Source: an uncultured Candidatus Cloacimonas sp. (lineage in GTDB: Bacteria; Cloacimonadota; Cloacimonadia; Cloacimonadales; Cloacimonadaceae). From it: a stretch of 64,000 nucleotides of DNA. Below are positions 10,419 through 20,552 of this stretch, piece after piece; within the stretch, counting starts at the first letter, position 1; every line of letters begins with the position of its first letter. Position numbers and translations under genes: made by a program. A model generated the notes under the pieces. It saw only the letters and a program-made list of their open reading frames with translations, did not search any database and was not told where the DNA came from. Location: the NCBI GenBank assembly GCA_964609575.1, contig CAZSST010000001.1, forward strand, positions 1,391 through 65,390, read 5' to 3'.

Positions 10419-10473
10419 CCATGGGATGCCCATGCAACCACTGGGCCGATGCCCGGTGATCGCACCAGCTTCG
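10419..10473. repeat. Degenerate 11-nt period array (family B, CCATGC-type)
   Basis: ccatgggatgc/ccatgcaacca/ctgggccgatg/cccggtgatcg/caccagcttcg; similar units at 22481 and 31508. Confidence 0.5.
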
Positions 10474-10598
10474 CAAGATCAGGTTCCATACATCCTCATA
10501 AGCTCAACCCAAGGTACTACTTAACAAGCTCCTGAGAAATTCATTGGAGCTTATTCGGTGTTAACTAACAGGAAAGTTGAATCAATGTATTAAAGCTG

Positions 10599-11153
10599 TT
10601 ACCGGGGCGCAGAAATCGCCTCTGTAGGACAGCCATGATAATCACTATTATTACCGTTTTTACAGATTCCGCAATTGATACATAGGTCTTTATCGATAAT
10701 GGCTTTCCCATCCACCAAAGTAATTGCTTTTGTAGGGCATACTTGTGTGCAAAGGCCGCAGCCGATGCAGGTTTCAGTATCTACATGGTATGCTTGCTTT
10801 TTAGATTTGGCGGGAGTGGTGGTCTTGGTTTGGGGGACAGTTGGTTTTAGAAGTTGGGTAGGTTCGGAGGCTATTTGAGCGGATTCTGGTTTATTTGTAT
10901 CGACTGGAGCTACGCTCAATTCTTGGGGTGGAAGGGGAGAGGATTTGGAGGGTACAAACCTAAAGCCATCCACGCAACGTCGGCAACCGATACATTTAGT
11001 GGAATCGATTACCGCTTTACTCCCATGCATGGAAATTGCCTTTACAGGGCATACAGTAAAGCTTCTTCGCGGGGGGCCAAAGATGTTATATGCTTGCACG
11101 GCAAGTACTCCGGCTAAAAGTATCAAGAGGATGGTTCTGGATATTGCTTTCAC
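10599..11153 (-). CDS. Membrane-anchored 4Fe-4S ferredoxin-domain protein
   Basis: N-terminal hydrophobic helix, CP...CIGCRRC, P/T/S/K-rich linker, then CIGCGLCTQVCP and CINCGIC...CP. Confidence 0.85.
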   Translation of the reverse strand: MKAISRTILLILLAGVLAVQAYNIFGPPRRSFTVCPVKAISMHGSKAVIDSTKCIGCRRCVDGFRFVPSKSSPLPPQELSVAPVDTNKPESAQIASEPTQLLKPTVPQTKTTTPAKSKKQAYHVDTETCIGCGLCTQVCPTKAITLVDGKAIIDKDLCINCGICKNGNNSDYHGCPTEAISAPR

Positions 11154-11154
11154 G

Positions 11155-11955
11155 CTAATCTTCCTTTTTGCAACAAAATGTACCTGGTTTGGGGCACTTG
11201 CACGCGCATAGATAACAATGGATGCATTCCGGGGATTGCACGTATTCTTCCGCGGCGATATCGATATTCATGGGGCAACAAGCCGAACAGATTCCGCAAT
11301 CTACGCAGCGTTCCAGATTCCTTAGAATCTTTCTGCGTTTAAGGCCAAAGAGCTTGCCCAAGGCCTGAAAGGCATTCATCAGAGCTGCGAAGGGACATAA
11401 AAAGCGGCACCAGAACCGATTTAAAAAAAAGGCTGGAAGCACTACCAGCAATAGCATTACTGCCAAACCCGGAGCAAGCATGCGGATCAATAGCGACAAC
11501 GCATAAATAGGGCAGAGGCGTATGTAAATATATCCAATACCGATATATGACAATATAGAAGTGATGATAAGGATGAAATACTTAAGCTTATTAAATTTAT
11601 TTTCATAGATATAGCTGAGCGTTTGCTTCTTGCGATGCTTCAGGGAGCGCAGACTGAAAATGGCTTCCTGCATAGTTCCCAGCGGACACACATAGGCACA
11701 GAATTCACGGCCGCGAAAGATGGTGATAATCAAAACCAGGAGGCTTACCAAAATGGTGATGCCAAAGATACCTGCGGCAGCCGTAAAGATTCCTGCTTTG
11801 CCCAGCCCAAAACACACGGTGGCATATAGGCAAAGCGCATGAATACTGCTTTTGGCGGCTAAGACAACCACTAAAAGCCAGATGATAAACACAAGCATGA
11901 AAACGGCTTGCGTGATATGGCGCTTAAGCTGCAGGGGATGAAGCTTATTTGGCAT
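11155..11955 (-). CDS. Membrane 4Fe-4S binding protein (NapH/MauN-like polyferredoxin)
   Basis: TM helices, GREFCAYVCPLG and RFWCRFLCPF motifs, C-terminal CVDCGICSACCP and CIHCYLCACKCP. Confidence 0.88.
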   Translation of the reverse strand: MPNKLHPLQLKRHITQAVFMLVFIIWLLVVVLAAKSSIHALCLYATVCFGLGKAGIFTAAAGIFGITILVSLLVLIITIFRGREFCAYVCPLGTMQEAIFSLRSLKHRKKQTLSYIYENKFNKLKYFILIITSILSYIGIGYIYIRLCPIYALSLLIRMLAPGLAVMLLLVVLPAFFLNRFWCRFLCPFAALMNAFQALGKLFGLKRRKILRNLERCVDCGICSACCPMNIDIAAEEYVQSPECIHCYLCACKCPKPGTFCCKKED

Positions 11956-12784
11956 TGCTATCCCTCAGCATGGCGTGGCGTTGCACTGTGCTAAGCGTAT
12001 CTAAAGCAGGATTATAGCCGCGTAAAAGCTCATCTTCATAGGTGGGGAGATTGGCTTGGTAAAACACTCCTAAATAAACCTCGTCTTTCGCTTGGGCGAG
12101 TTCGCGGGCTTGTTCAAGGCTTTGGGGTACAGTTTCCAATAGCTTGATATGTGAATTAAGATATTGATAGGAGTTATTATACGAAATGCAGGGCTGCATC
12201 ACTTCGATGAACGAAAAGCCATGGTGATTCACCGCTTTTACTATTAGATCGCTTAGCTGCTCGGGCCTGGCGCTGTAACCCCGGGCCAGAAAAGTAGCTC
12301 CCGCTTCAGCTAAGAGCGAGATGGGATTAAAGGGTCTTTCGATACTGCCCTGGGGAGTGGATAATCCCTTGAAACCCATGGCGCTTAGAGGGGAAAACTG
12401 ACCTGTGGTGAGGCCATAGGTGCCGTTGTTATGAAGGATGAGGGTGATGTCCACATTGCGTTTGGCCGCAAAGAGAGTATGCTCCAGTCCTTCTCCCAGG
12501 CTGTCACCGTCACCGCCAAAGCTGATTACTTTCAGAGTGGGATTGGCCAGCTTGATGCCCTGCGCGGTGGATACTCCACGTCCATGCAAGCAGTACATAC
12601 CGCTTAAATTAAGGTAATCAAAGATTTTACCATGGCAGCCGATACCGGTGGTAATGATCAGTGAGGATAGGGGTAGGCCGCTGACCACCAGGCTTTCCAC
12701 TGCTTTCTTGAAAGAATTGAGGATGCCAAAATTGCCACAACCGGGGCACCAGCTATTCTCTTTTGAAGTTCCCAAATCACGCAT
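11945..12784 (-). CDS. 2-oxoacid:ferredoxin oxidoreductase beta subunit
   Basis: WCPGCGNFGIL, GIGC, LHGR, TPP-binding GGDGD...NNGTYGLTTGQ. Confidence 0.95.
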   Translation of the reverse strand: MRDLGTSKENSWCPGCGNFGILNSFKKAVESLVVSGLPLSSLIITTGIGCHGKIFDYLNLSGMYCLHGRGVSTAQGIKLANPTLKVISFGGDGDSLGEGLEHTLFAAKRNVDITLILHNNGTYGLTTGQFSPLSAMGFKGLSTPQGSIERPFNPISLLAEAGATFLARGYSARPEQLSDLIVKAVNHHGFSFIEVMQPCISYNNSYQYLNSHIKLLETVPQSLEQARELAQAKDEVYLGVFYQANLPTYEDELLRGYNPALDTLSTVQRHAMLRDSNAK

Positions 12785-14465
12785 TCAGGGCTTCCTCCAT
12801 TATCTTTGCCAGTTCAAATGGATCGTAGGGACGGCCATCGTAACGCAGGATACTACGCTTGATCTTTAAATTCATATTTTGCTTAAGGTAGGTGCTGAGA
12901 TTGGCGTTGCTGCTGTGTTCCACAGTGATGATAGTCTCAGCGGCATAAGCTTGTAACTCTTTATCGGGGAAGGGGTAAAGGTAAAGCAGGCTGACGATGT
13001 GAAAGGGAACTGGGCAATGCTTCTGTGCCTCGCGTAATTCCAGCACCGTGGAGCCATAGGCAAAAACCGGAGTACCTTTATCGCCATAAACTGCGATACG
13101 GGGGTAGCGTTCAGTAGCGGCGTACATACTGGTGTACTTTCGGTTACGCTTGTCCTTCATGGCCACGATGTCGGCAGCTTTGTCAGTGCGAATTCCCGAT
13201 TCAAGATGCTCGTGGGATGTCCATTTTATCACTTTGTCATCTTGTCCCAAAGCGGCAAGAGGGGATACTCCGTCGGCGGAGAATTCATAACGCAGATAAT
13301 TGGCCTGGTCTGTCTGGGGAGAATGTTCGTCTGAAGCCGGTAGAACTGGCTCTGTAACGATATTCATGCTACTTTCGCTAAGGTGTTTATCAGATAACAA
13401 GATCACCGGATTTTGAAATTCCCAAGCCAGGCTAAGCAATTCTGCCGCAATGCGAAAAGCGCTTTCAGGACTGTCCGGAGCAGCCACGATCTTACCCAAA
13501 TCGCCATGACCCTGGTGAATGGCAAAAAGCAAATCTTCCTGGGCAGTGTAGGTGGAAACCCCTGTGGCAGGTCCGGGACGAGAAACCAATATAAAAAGCA
13601 GGGGTACTTCCGCCATGGCAGCCAGAGAAAATGCTTCCTGCATCAGGGCAAAGCCACCACCGCTGCTTCCCACAGCACTTTTAGCTCCGGTAAGGGCAGA
13701 ACCGATGGCCATGTTTGCCGCTGCCAATTCACTTTCTGCATGAATGGCAAAAACTTTGTGGGTGTTTTGCTTTAGGGCCAGATAGTGCAATATGGAGGAA
13801 GCAGGGGTCATGGGATAGGCGTAGTAAAAATCCAATCCAGCAGACCATGCACCCAAGGCGATGGCCTGGTTTCCCGAAAGAAAGCGTGGGGAAGGAGAGG
13901 AGGCATTGTCCAGTGAGAGTTTGCCACGGTTATGAAGATCGCTTTGGCAGGCCAGCTCATAAATAGCCAGAGCATATTTGGAATTAAGCTCTTGATCTCT
14001 TTTAAACTCTTTATAAATAGTATCGTTAAGCAACTCAGCATCCCAGCCAAACCAGGCGAAGGCAATACTCAACGCCGCCATGGAAACATTGGCCGGAGTT
14101 ACGTATATCTGCTTCATCAGAGTGCTCATGGGAAAGCCCAGAGCTTGGGTAGCTACCACCTCCACTTCATCTGAGTTATATGCATGATAGCAAAATCCGC
14201 CGTGGTCCAAATCCCTGGCATGCAGTTCGTAACTGCGTTTATCAAAAGAAATAACCAATTGCGCCTGTTGGTAAGCGCAATAAACCGGATTTTGGCCATA
14301 ACTAACGTTGCTGAAGTTATGGCCACCCTTGATAAGGCTTTGATAATCATCCTGCTGATAGACGTATAAACCGTGGCGCAGCAACTGGTTGGCCAGAACC
14401 TGCGCTGCTTTCTTTACGCCTTCACCGGCTTTACCGCCGATTAAAACAGTGTAAACGCTATTCAT
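12777..14465 (-). CDS. 2-oxoacid:ferredoxin oxidoreductase alpha subunit (fused gamma-alpha)
   Basis: GGKAGEG, IKGGH, SGNQAIALGA, YPMTPAS, SSGGGFALMQE, RPGPATG motifs. Confidence 0.95.
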   Translation of the reverse strand: MNSVYTVLIGGKAGEGVKKAAQVLANQLLRHGLYVYQQDDYQSLIKGGHNFSNVSYGQNPVYCAYQQAQLVISFDKRSYELHARDLDHGGFCYHAYNSDEVEVVATQALGFPMSTLMKQIYVTPANVSMAALSIAFAWFGWDAELLNDTIYKEFKRDQELNSKYALAIYELACQSDLHNRGKLSLDNASSPSPRFLSGNQAIALGAWSAGLDFYYAYPMTPASSILHYLALKQNTHKVFAIHAESELAAANMAIGSALTGAKSAVGSSGGGFALMQEAFSLAAMAEVPLLFILVSRPGPATGVSTYTAQEDLLFAIHQGHGDLGKIVAAPDSPESAFRIAAELLSLAWEFQNPVILLSDKHLSESSMNIVTEPVLPASDEHSPQTDQANYLRYEFSADGVSPLAALGQDDKVIKWTSHEHLESGIRTDKAADIVAMKDKRNRKYTSMYAATERYPRIAVYGDKGTPVFAYGSTVLELREAQKHCPVPFHIVSLLYLYPFPDKELQAYAAETIITVEHSSNANLSTYLKQNMNLKIKRSILRYDGRPYDPFELAKIMEEALNA

Positions 14466-17190
14466 TCCTGAGGGTGTCGCCCTTTAATGAACCTTCGTAA
14501 TAGCCGATATCATAGGAAAGCTTGGAACGCACTTCATTGAAGATATTCTGTACTTCCTGGGGTTTATTGTATTCACGGGCGAATTCGATGCCCAATTCGG
14601 CAAAATACTGCTGATCTGGGAAATACAATAGTCCATTACGCAGGTAAGCCATTACCTTCTCAGGATAATTATCCACAAGATAGGCAAGTACATAGCTGAT
14701 ATAAATCTTCCAGCCGTCGGGATGGGGAACGATGGTATTCTTGATGAAATCATCCAGCTTGTTCCACTGTCCCGTGCCGGGATAATAATGCGTGTAAAAC
14801 TCGGTGAGTTTGATCTCGCTATCGATGAATTTGCGGGCTTTATCCACATAGGACAGGGCTTTATCATACTGCTTGGTGTCATTGAAATAATTGGCGGCAC
14901 GTACATAACCAGAGCCGTAGTTCATCACCAAACGGGTCATATTGTCATCTTTAAAAACCCTGCTGTCGCCAATGGAGCGATATTGGTATACCTTGTCGAT
15001 ATTAGTAAGCAAACGATTGATGTCCACTTGCGCATCACCCTTTGTGGATACAACGCGGGCCACCATACCTTCATTGCGGGTGTAATCCTCAAAATTGATG
15101 AAGCTTTCGCAGGTAACGGCAAAGTAGATGGGGCGTTTGCCGTAGTTATCCTTGATAATCTGCATCGTGGCGATATCGCTAACGCGGTAGAAAGGTTCAT
15201 TTTGACGCCAATCTGCGGTTCGGGGGATTTGCATGGAAAAGCCCATTTCAGGTTTGGCAGGAGGCCCCGGAATTGTTAGCGTTTCATCAAGTTCCGAGAT
15301 GCCAAGCCCATCCAATTGGTCATCCGGGATCGAGAAGAGAATTCCTTCCTTATCCCTGATCTGGCGGATGTACCAGGCAGTATTTAAGAGCGATAAATTG
15401 GCTATGGAAACGTCTTTGCGGATGCCTTTCAGATACTTGTTCTTATATTCCATTGCCCTGGCTATGGCTGCTTGTGATTCTTCGGTAGGATAAACGTCTT
15501 TGGCTTTGTGCATCACCTCTTTGGCGTGGGGATCAGCAACTGCCTGAGCGTACCAGAGGGGGAAAGTGTCGTTGTCGCCATTGGTGAAGATGATGGCATT
15601 TTCTTCCACGGAATTAAGGAAATTTAGGCCATAATCCAAAGCGATAAACTCTTGAGAACGGTCGTGAATGCGATATTGATTTACCATATTTCCTAAGGGA
15701 AGCAAGCACATAAAGATGATTAAGACCGCTTGCAGGACTTTGCTCTCGGATAATTTGAGTAAGCCTAAAGCCCCGATTCCAAGCCAGATGGCCCACATAT
15801 TGTAAGCTACCACAAAGAAATAATCACGGTCGCGTACTTCAGCATTGGAAAGATTCATTACAAATACCATCACAATGGTGGTAAGCAACATGATGATAAA
15901 GAAATAACGAAAGCTGTGCTTGTTCAAACGAAAATGAACGATAGCGCCGAACAAACCCAGAAAAGCCACGAAGAAATTGCCCAGGGAGTGTTTAATCTCA
16001 GAAGCGATGGGCAATAGCTTGATGGGAGTGTCGTATTGGAACCATTGCATGCCAAAGTAACGCAGGAAGTGATGTCCCAATTGATCGCCAAAGAAGCTGC
16101 CCCGTCGTTCCACGAAGCTGGTATTGCCATATTGTTTGCGCAGAACATAGTCTTTGAACATGGAGAGCGTACTGGGATGGCCTTCATTGATGAAAGGGCG
16201 GTCGGCAGCCCGGATCATCAGATAGAGGTGTGAAGACAAGCCCACCAGAACCAGAATGAGCCCCAAGCTCCAAATGCGTTTATCCACTACGTCGCGAAGT
16301 TCAAAGAAAACGATGAAAAAAGCAACCAGGGCAAAGCCCCATTTATCAAAATCATCGATGGCCAAGCCTTTGCCAATGGCACCTAAAATGAAGTAACCAG
16401 CCAGCATTGCCAGAGTGTAGCCGATAACTTTAGGCCAGAAATTGCTGCCCTTGATGCTCTTTAAAATCAACGGGTAAAAAACGATGAAGAGCATGGCCGG
16501 GGCGATTTGCAGTGCGGTTTGATGCACGCAGAACCCTACGAAGAAGAGATACACTATCAAGAGCAACATATTCTGATGGGAAAAATCATCAGATTTTTGA
16601 ACCCACAGCAGGGTAAGCCAGATGATGAGATTCACGAAGAACACCAGGCCGGAATATACTTCAGCTTCGATGGCATTCATCCAGAATGTGAAGCCAAAGG
16701 CAGTGTATAAAGCGGCAATTATGCCTGCGAATGCTGCATCACGAGCCTTGATTTTGAACATACTAACCAACTGCACGGTGATAAGATAGGTTAGCATCAC
16801 AGCCAGAGCGCTGGCCAGGCAAGAAATGAAGGCCGTGATAATGGCATGCGAAGCAAAATTACCAAAAAGGGCTACCATGGCTCTGCCGAACACTATGTAG
16901 AAAGGATTTCCCGGAGGATGGGGTACTCCCAGAATACTGCTGCATGTGGCATATTCTCCGCTATCCCAAAAAGACATAGTGCGGGCCTGGGTGAGCATAT
17001 AGATAACCAGAGTAAAGAGAAACAGCCCCAACGCGATAAGACGATTGTACCTGGCTGGCACGATGGTCTGGGGCTTATAGTTACTGATCTCAATTACTTG
17101 CTTGGGTGCAGGTTTACTATATTCCTTGGTGGGGATTTTCTTTAGCTTGGTTTGCTGGGCTTTCATTTGCTTGATGCTTGATTCATTCAC
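14458..17190 (-). CDS. DUF2723 / TMEM260-like membrane glycosyltransferase
   Basis: SFWDSGE, GVPHPPGNP, AIEAEVYS, RDRDYFF and FTNGDNDTFPLWY motifs; many TM helices; C-terminal TPR-like region. Confidence 0.88.
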   Translation of the reverse strand: MNESSIKQMKAQQTKLKKIPTKEYSKPAPKQVIEISNYKPQTIVPARYNRLIALGLFLFTLVIYMLTQARTMSFWDSGEYATCSSILGVPHPPGNPFYIVFGRAMVALFGNFASHAIITAFISCLASALAVMLTYLITVQLVSMFKIKARDAAFAGIIAALYTAFGFTFWMNAIEAEVYSGLVFFVNLIIWLTLLWVQKSDDFSHQNMLLLIVYLFFVGFCVHQTALQIAPAMLFIVFYPLILKSIKGSNFWPKVIGYTLAMLAGYFILGAIGKGLAIDDFDKWGFALVAFFIVFFELRDVVDKRIWSLGLILVLVGLSSHLYLMIRAADRPFINEGHPSTLSMFKDYVLRKQYGNTSFVERRGSFFGDQLGHHFLRYFGMQWFQYDTPIKLLPIASEIKHSLGNFFVAFLGLFGAIVHFRLNKHSFRYFFIIMLLTTIVMVFVMNLSNAEVRDRDYFFVVAYNMWAIWLGIGALGLLKLSESKVLQAVLIIFMCLLPLGNMVNQYRIHDRSQEFIALDYGLNFLNSVEENAIIFTNGDNDTFPLWYAQAVADPHAKEVMHKAKDVYPTEESQAAIARAMEYKNKYLKGIRKDVSIANLSLLNTAWYIRQIRDKEGILFSIPDDQLDGLGISELDETLTIPGPPAKPEMGFSMQIPRTADWRQNEPFYRVSDIATMQIIKDNYGKRPIYFAVTCESFINFEDYTRNEGMVARVVSTKGDAQVDINRLLTNIDKVYQYRSIGDSRVFKDDNMTRLVMNYGSGYVRAANYFNDTKQYDKALSYVDKARKFIDSEIKLTEFYTHYYPGTGQWNKLDDFIKNTIVPHPDGWKIYISYVLAYLVDNYPEKVMAYLRNGLLYFPDQQYFAELGIEFAREYNKPQEVQNIFNEVRSKLSYDIGYYEGSLKGDTLRNE

Positions 17191-17206
17191 TTTCTACACT
17201 CCTAAA

Positions 17207-18193
17207 TTAGTCTTTCAAGCCGGCTTTGGCATAGCTGGCGATAATCTGTTTTTGGGCAAGGAAGAAGATCACCAAAATTGGTACGATACTAAAGGTGGAA
17301 GCAGCCATCAGCAGCGTTGTTTGCGTAGAAGCTTCCTGATTGAAATAGCTTAGCCCTACCTGCAGTACTCGCAGTTCGGGGCGGTTCGTCATCACTAATG
17401 GCCACATAAAGCTGTTCCAACTTCCTATCAGCGAAAACACCGAGGCTGTGGCGATGATGGATTTGGACAAGGGTAATACCACTTTCCACAGCATCCCAAA
17501 GGTACTGCAACCATCTATGGCCGCAGCATCGAACAGCTCTTGGGGCAAAGATTTGAAGTGCTGGCGGAAAAGGAAGATGGTGAAGATATTCACACACCAG
17601 GGAATAATCAAAGCGGAGTATGTATCCAGCCAATGAAATTTGTCCAATAGCACGTATGAGGAAATAAGATAGATCGGTTCGGGAACCATCATCATACTCA
17701 GGAACAAATAGAAGAAGAAATCCCTGCCAAAAAAGCGCATTCTGGCAAAAGCATAGGCCGCCAGAATGGACGTTATCAATACTCCAATCAGCGAGATAAA
17801 GCTAACGTACAGCGTATTGGCAAAGTAGATGGCAAAGGGAACCTTTTGGAATGCTTTACGGAAATTACCCCACTGGAAACTGGGGATTTTTTTAACCAGT
17901 TTTATCTGGCTGGAGGGGACTTCCTTATATTCTTCAACAATCTTGCCGTCTTTATCTAGAATATGGATAATGCTATTTGCACCTTGTTCCTGAACCAGTA
18001 GCACCCGATGCTTCACATTCCCTTCCGTCCATACATGGTATTTTTCTTTGGGTATAAAAGTGGATTCGTGTTTATTGAATTCCGATTGTGTCATTAATGA
18101 AGTGGAGAGCATCCATATAAAGGGGATAATCATCATCAGTCCAAAAACAGTAAGCACTGAGTAGATGATGGTCATGCGCGTTTCTTCGTTCAT
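17207..18193 (-). CDS. Carbohydrate ABC transporter permease (MalG/UgpE-like)
   Basis: EAA-loop LPQELFDAAAIDGC, WNSFMWPL, AYAFAR. Confidence 0.93.
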   Translation of the reverse strand: MNEETRMTIIYSVLTVFGLMMIIPFIWMLSTSLMTQSEFNKHESTFIPKEKYHVWTEGNVKHRVLLVQEQGANSIIHILDKDGKIVEEYKEVPSSQIKLVKKIPSFQWGNFRKAFQKVPFAIYFANTLYVSFISLIGVLITSILAAYAFARMRFFGRDFFFYLFLSMMMVPEPIYLISSYVLLDKFHWLDTYSALIIPWCVNIFTIFLFRQHFKSLPQELFDAAAIDGCSTFGMLWKVVLPLSKSIIATASVFSLIGSWNSFMWPLVMTNRPELRVLQVGLSYFNQEASTQTTLLMAASTFSIVPILVIFFLAQKQIIASYAKAGLKD

Positions 18194-18201
18194 CTCTCCT
18201 C

Positions 18202-19134
18202 CTAATAATTCACGTGCTTTTCAATGCGGCGTTGCATGATGGTAAGTCCCAAAATAAGCAGGAACAGCGCCAAGGCCACGGCACTGGCATAGCCCATGTC
18301 CAGGGTATCGAAGCCCTTTTCATAGATGTAATATACAATCAGTTTCGTAGTATTCAGCGGCCCCCCCTTATCCGTCATCAAATAGATTTGCGCAAAGGCC
18401 TGGAAGCTGACAATCGTGGTCATAATCAGCACATAGAAGGTTGTGGGTGAGATGAGGGGCAGGGTGATCTTGAAAAACTGCTTGATTTTGCTGGCTCCAT
18501 CCACTTCCGCAGCCTCATAATAGGTTTTGGAGATGTTTTGCAATCCCGAAAGATAGATAATAGTATTGTATCCCAGCCCTTTCCACACAGTCATGATGAT
18601 GATTCCAAACAGAGCTTGCGATGGACCATGTAGCAGTTTGGGAAGGCTGATCCCTATTCCCGAAAAGAAGATTTCAAAAATCCCCCGTGATTCGGAAAGC
18701 CATTTTTGTGGTTCCACGCCTATCCAGCCCAACATGGTATTCATCAGTCCGGTTTGCTCATTAAAGATGATTTTCCACACGATAGATACGGCTACCAGAG
18801 AGGTAACATAGGGCATGAAATACACAGTGCGGAAAAGGCCTTTCAGACCTTTGATCTGATTCAGCATCACCGCAAAGAGCAGAGAAAAAATGATGCTGGC
18901 AGGTACAACCATCACTGCATACCAAAAGGTGTTTCCCATCGATTGCCAGAATACATCGTCCTTAATCATATTGGCATAGTTTAGCAGCCCGATGAATTTC
19001 CCGGTGCCTTTTATGGACCAATCGTAAAAACTGATGATAAAGGACATTACGATAGGGATCAGCCTGAAGGCAAAAAGCAGCACAAAGGCCGGGAGAATAT
19101 AGAGATAGGGTGAAATCTTCCACTGTGTTTTCAT
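18202..19134 (-). CDS. Carbohydrate ABC transporter permease (MalF/UgpA-like)
   Basis: FIGLLNY, FRTVYFMPYV, YYEAAEVDGAS, TLPLISP, GGP, MGYASA. Confidence 0.93.
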   Translation of the reverse strand: MKTQWKISPYLYILPAFVLLFAFRLIPIVMSFIISFYDWSIKGTGKFIGLLNYANMIKDDVFWQSMGNTFWYAVMVVPASIIFSLLFAVMLNQIKGLKGLFRTVYFMPYVTSLVAVSIVWKIIFNEQTGLMNTMLGWIGVEPQKWLSESRGIFEIFFSGIGISLPKLLHGPSQALFGIIIMTVWKGLGYNTIIYLSGLQNISKTYYEAAEVDGASKIKQFFKITLPLISPTTFYVLIMTTIVSFQAFAQIYLMTDKGGPLNTTKLIVYYIYEKGFDTLDMGYASAVALALFLLILGLTIMQRRIEKHVNY

Positions 19135-20552
19135 GTTTTGCTCCCACTATTATCTGGCTTGGCAGCGCTTCGGTATTGGGTGTGGTCCAATCCAAGCTGG
19201 ACGCATTTTCGATAGATGTTTTCTCTGGTGATGCCGGAAAGCTTGGCTGCCTGGCTTAGGTTTCCCCGGCATTGGCTTAAAAGACTTTTCATATAGTTCA
19301 GCGAGAATTCCTTTTTGGCCAGATTCCAATCGCTTAGCCCATTTACATAGTGCTTGCCGTTGCCAAAAGTACCTTGGATGTTTTCGGGCAGGTCTTCCGG
19401 CTGGATTACATTGTGCTCTGCCAAAATCACCGCATGTTCAATGGCATTGCGCAATTGCCGGATGTTTCCTTTCCATTCGTAGTTTAGTAGTATGGAAAGT
19501 ACTCCCGGAGACAGCTTCAGCACTTTCTTTTTGTATTTGGCGCAGAATTCCTGGGTGAAAGTATTGGCTAGAATTTTGATATCATCCTTACGTTCGCGGA
19601 GCGGGGGGATGTGCAGGCGGATCACGTTCAGACGGTAATAAAGGTCTTCGCGAAATCTACCGTGTTCCACAGCTTCACGGATGTCCTTATTAGTAGCGGC
19701 GATTATTCTTACATCAGTGTGAATATCGTGATCTCCACCCACCTGACGGAAACTGCCAGTTTCCAGCACTTTAAGAAGTTTAACCTGGAATGCCAGGGAT
19801 GTTTCCGTTATTTCATCCAAAAACAGAGTACCACCATTGGCTTCCTGGAAATAGCCTATTTTATCGCGAAAGGCATCCGTGAAAGCGCCACGCTTGTGTC
19901 CGAAAAGCAAGCTTTCCAAAAGGGTTTCGGTAAGGCTGCCGCAGTTTACGGAAACGAAATTACGGCTTTTACGCAGACTGTTGCGGTGAATCAATTCTGC
20001 GAAAACACCTTTGCCAACGCCAGTTTCGCCGGTAATCAGGGCAATCGTATCCAGCTTGGCGATCTTTTTGATCTTATGCAGCAAAGCTTGCACCGGAAGC
20101 GAATTACCGATCACCATGTCTGTTTCCAGTTCTTTTTGCAGCATGGCGTTCAGTCTTTCGTTTTCCGCGATCAGCCATTGATTCTGAAGAATTTTATCCA
20201 CCTTGATGTTAATCAGGTCCAAATTCCTAATTGGCTTCACCAGATATTCGCTGGCTCCCATTTTCATGGCTGCAATGGCAGTTTCGATGGAAGATTGTCC
20301 GCTGATGGCAACTACCGCAGTGAAGGGATAGTCTCTGGATATTTCCTCAATCAAATCCAAACCGTTTTCCCCAGGGAGGATAAGATCAACTATGGCAATA
20401 TGATAACGATTCTCTTCCAGCAATTTTCGTGCTTCTTTCAGGCTGTAGGCTGTATCCGCCAGATACTTTCCCTGTAACTGCTGTTTGATAAGCAACGCAG
20501 TATCTTTGCTGTCATCCACAATTAAGATATTGGCCGAAACTGGCTCGCTCAT
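19131..20552 (-). CDS. Sigma54-dependent response regulator (NtrC family: REC-AAA+-HTH)
   Basis: ILIVDD and DLILP receiver, GETGVGK Walker A, GAFTDA, LFLDEI, FREDLYYRLNV, C-terminal Fis-type HTH. Confidence 0.95.
   Translation of the reverse strand: MSEPVSANILIVDDSKDTALLIKQQLQGKYLADTAYSLKEARKLLEENRYHIAIVDLILPGENGLDLIEEISRDYPFTAVVAISGQSSIETAIAAMKMGASEYLVKPIRNLDLINIKVDKILQNQWLIAENERLNAMLQKELETDMVIGNSLPVQALLHKIKKIAKLDTIALITGETGVGKGVFAELIHRNSLRKSRNFVSVNCGSLTETLLESLLFGHKRGAFTDAFRDKIGYFQEANGGTLFLDEITETSLAFQVKLLKVLETGSFRQVGGDHDIHTDVRIIAATNKDIREAVEHGRFREDLYYRLNVIRLHIPPLRERKDDIKILANTFTQEFCAKYKKKVLKLSPGVLSILLNYEWKGNIRQLRNAIEHAVILAEHNVIQPEDLPENIQGTFGNGKHYVNGLSDWNLAKKEFSLNYMKSLLSQCRGNLSQAAKLSGITRENIYRKCVQLGLDHTQYRSAAKPDNSGSKT

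Noticed and set aside
19611..20477. 288-aa plus-strand ORF
   Set aside because: Antisense shadow of the sigma54 regulator with no recognisable motifs
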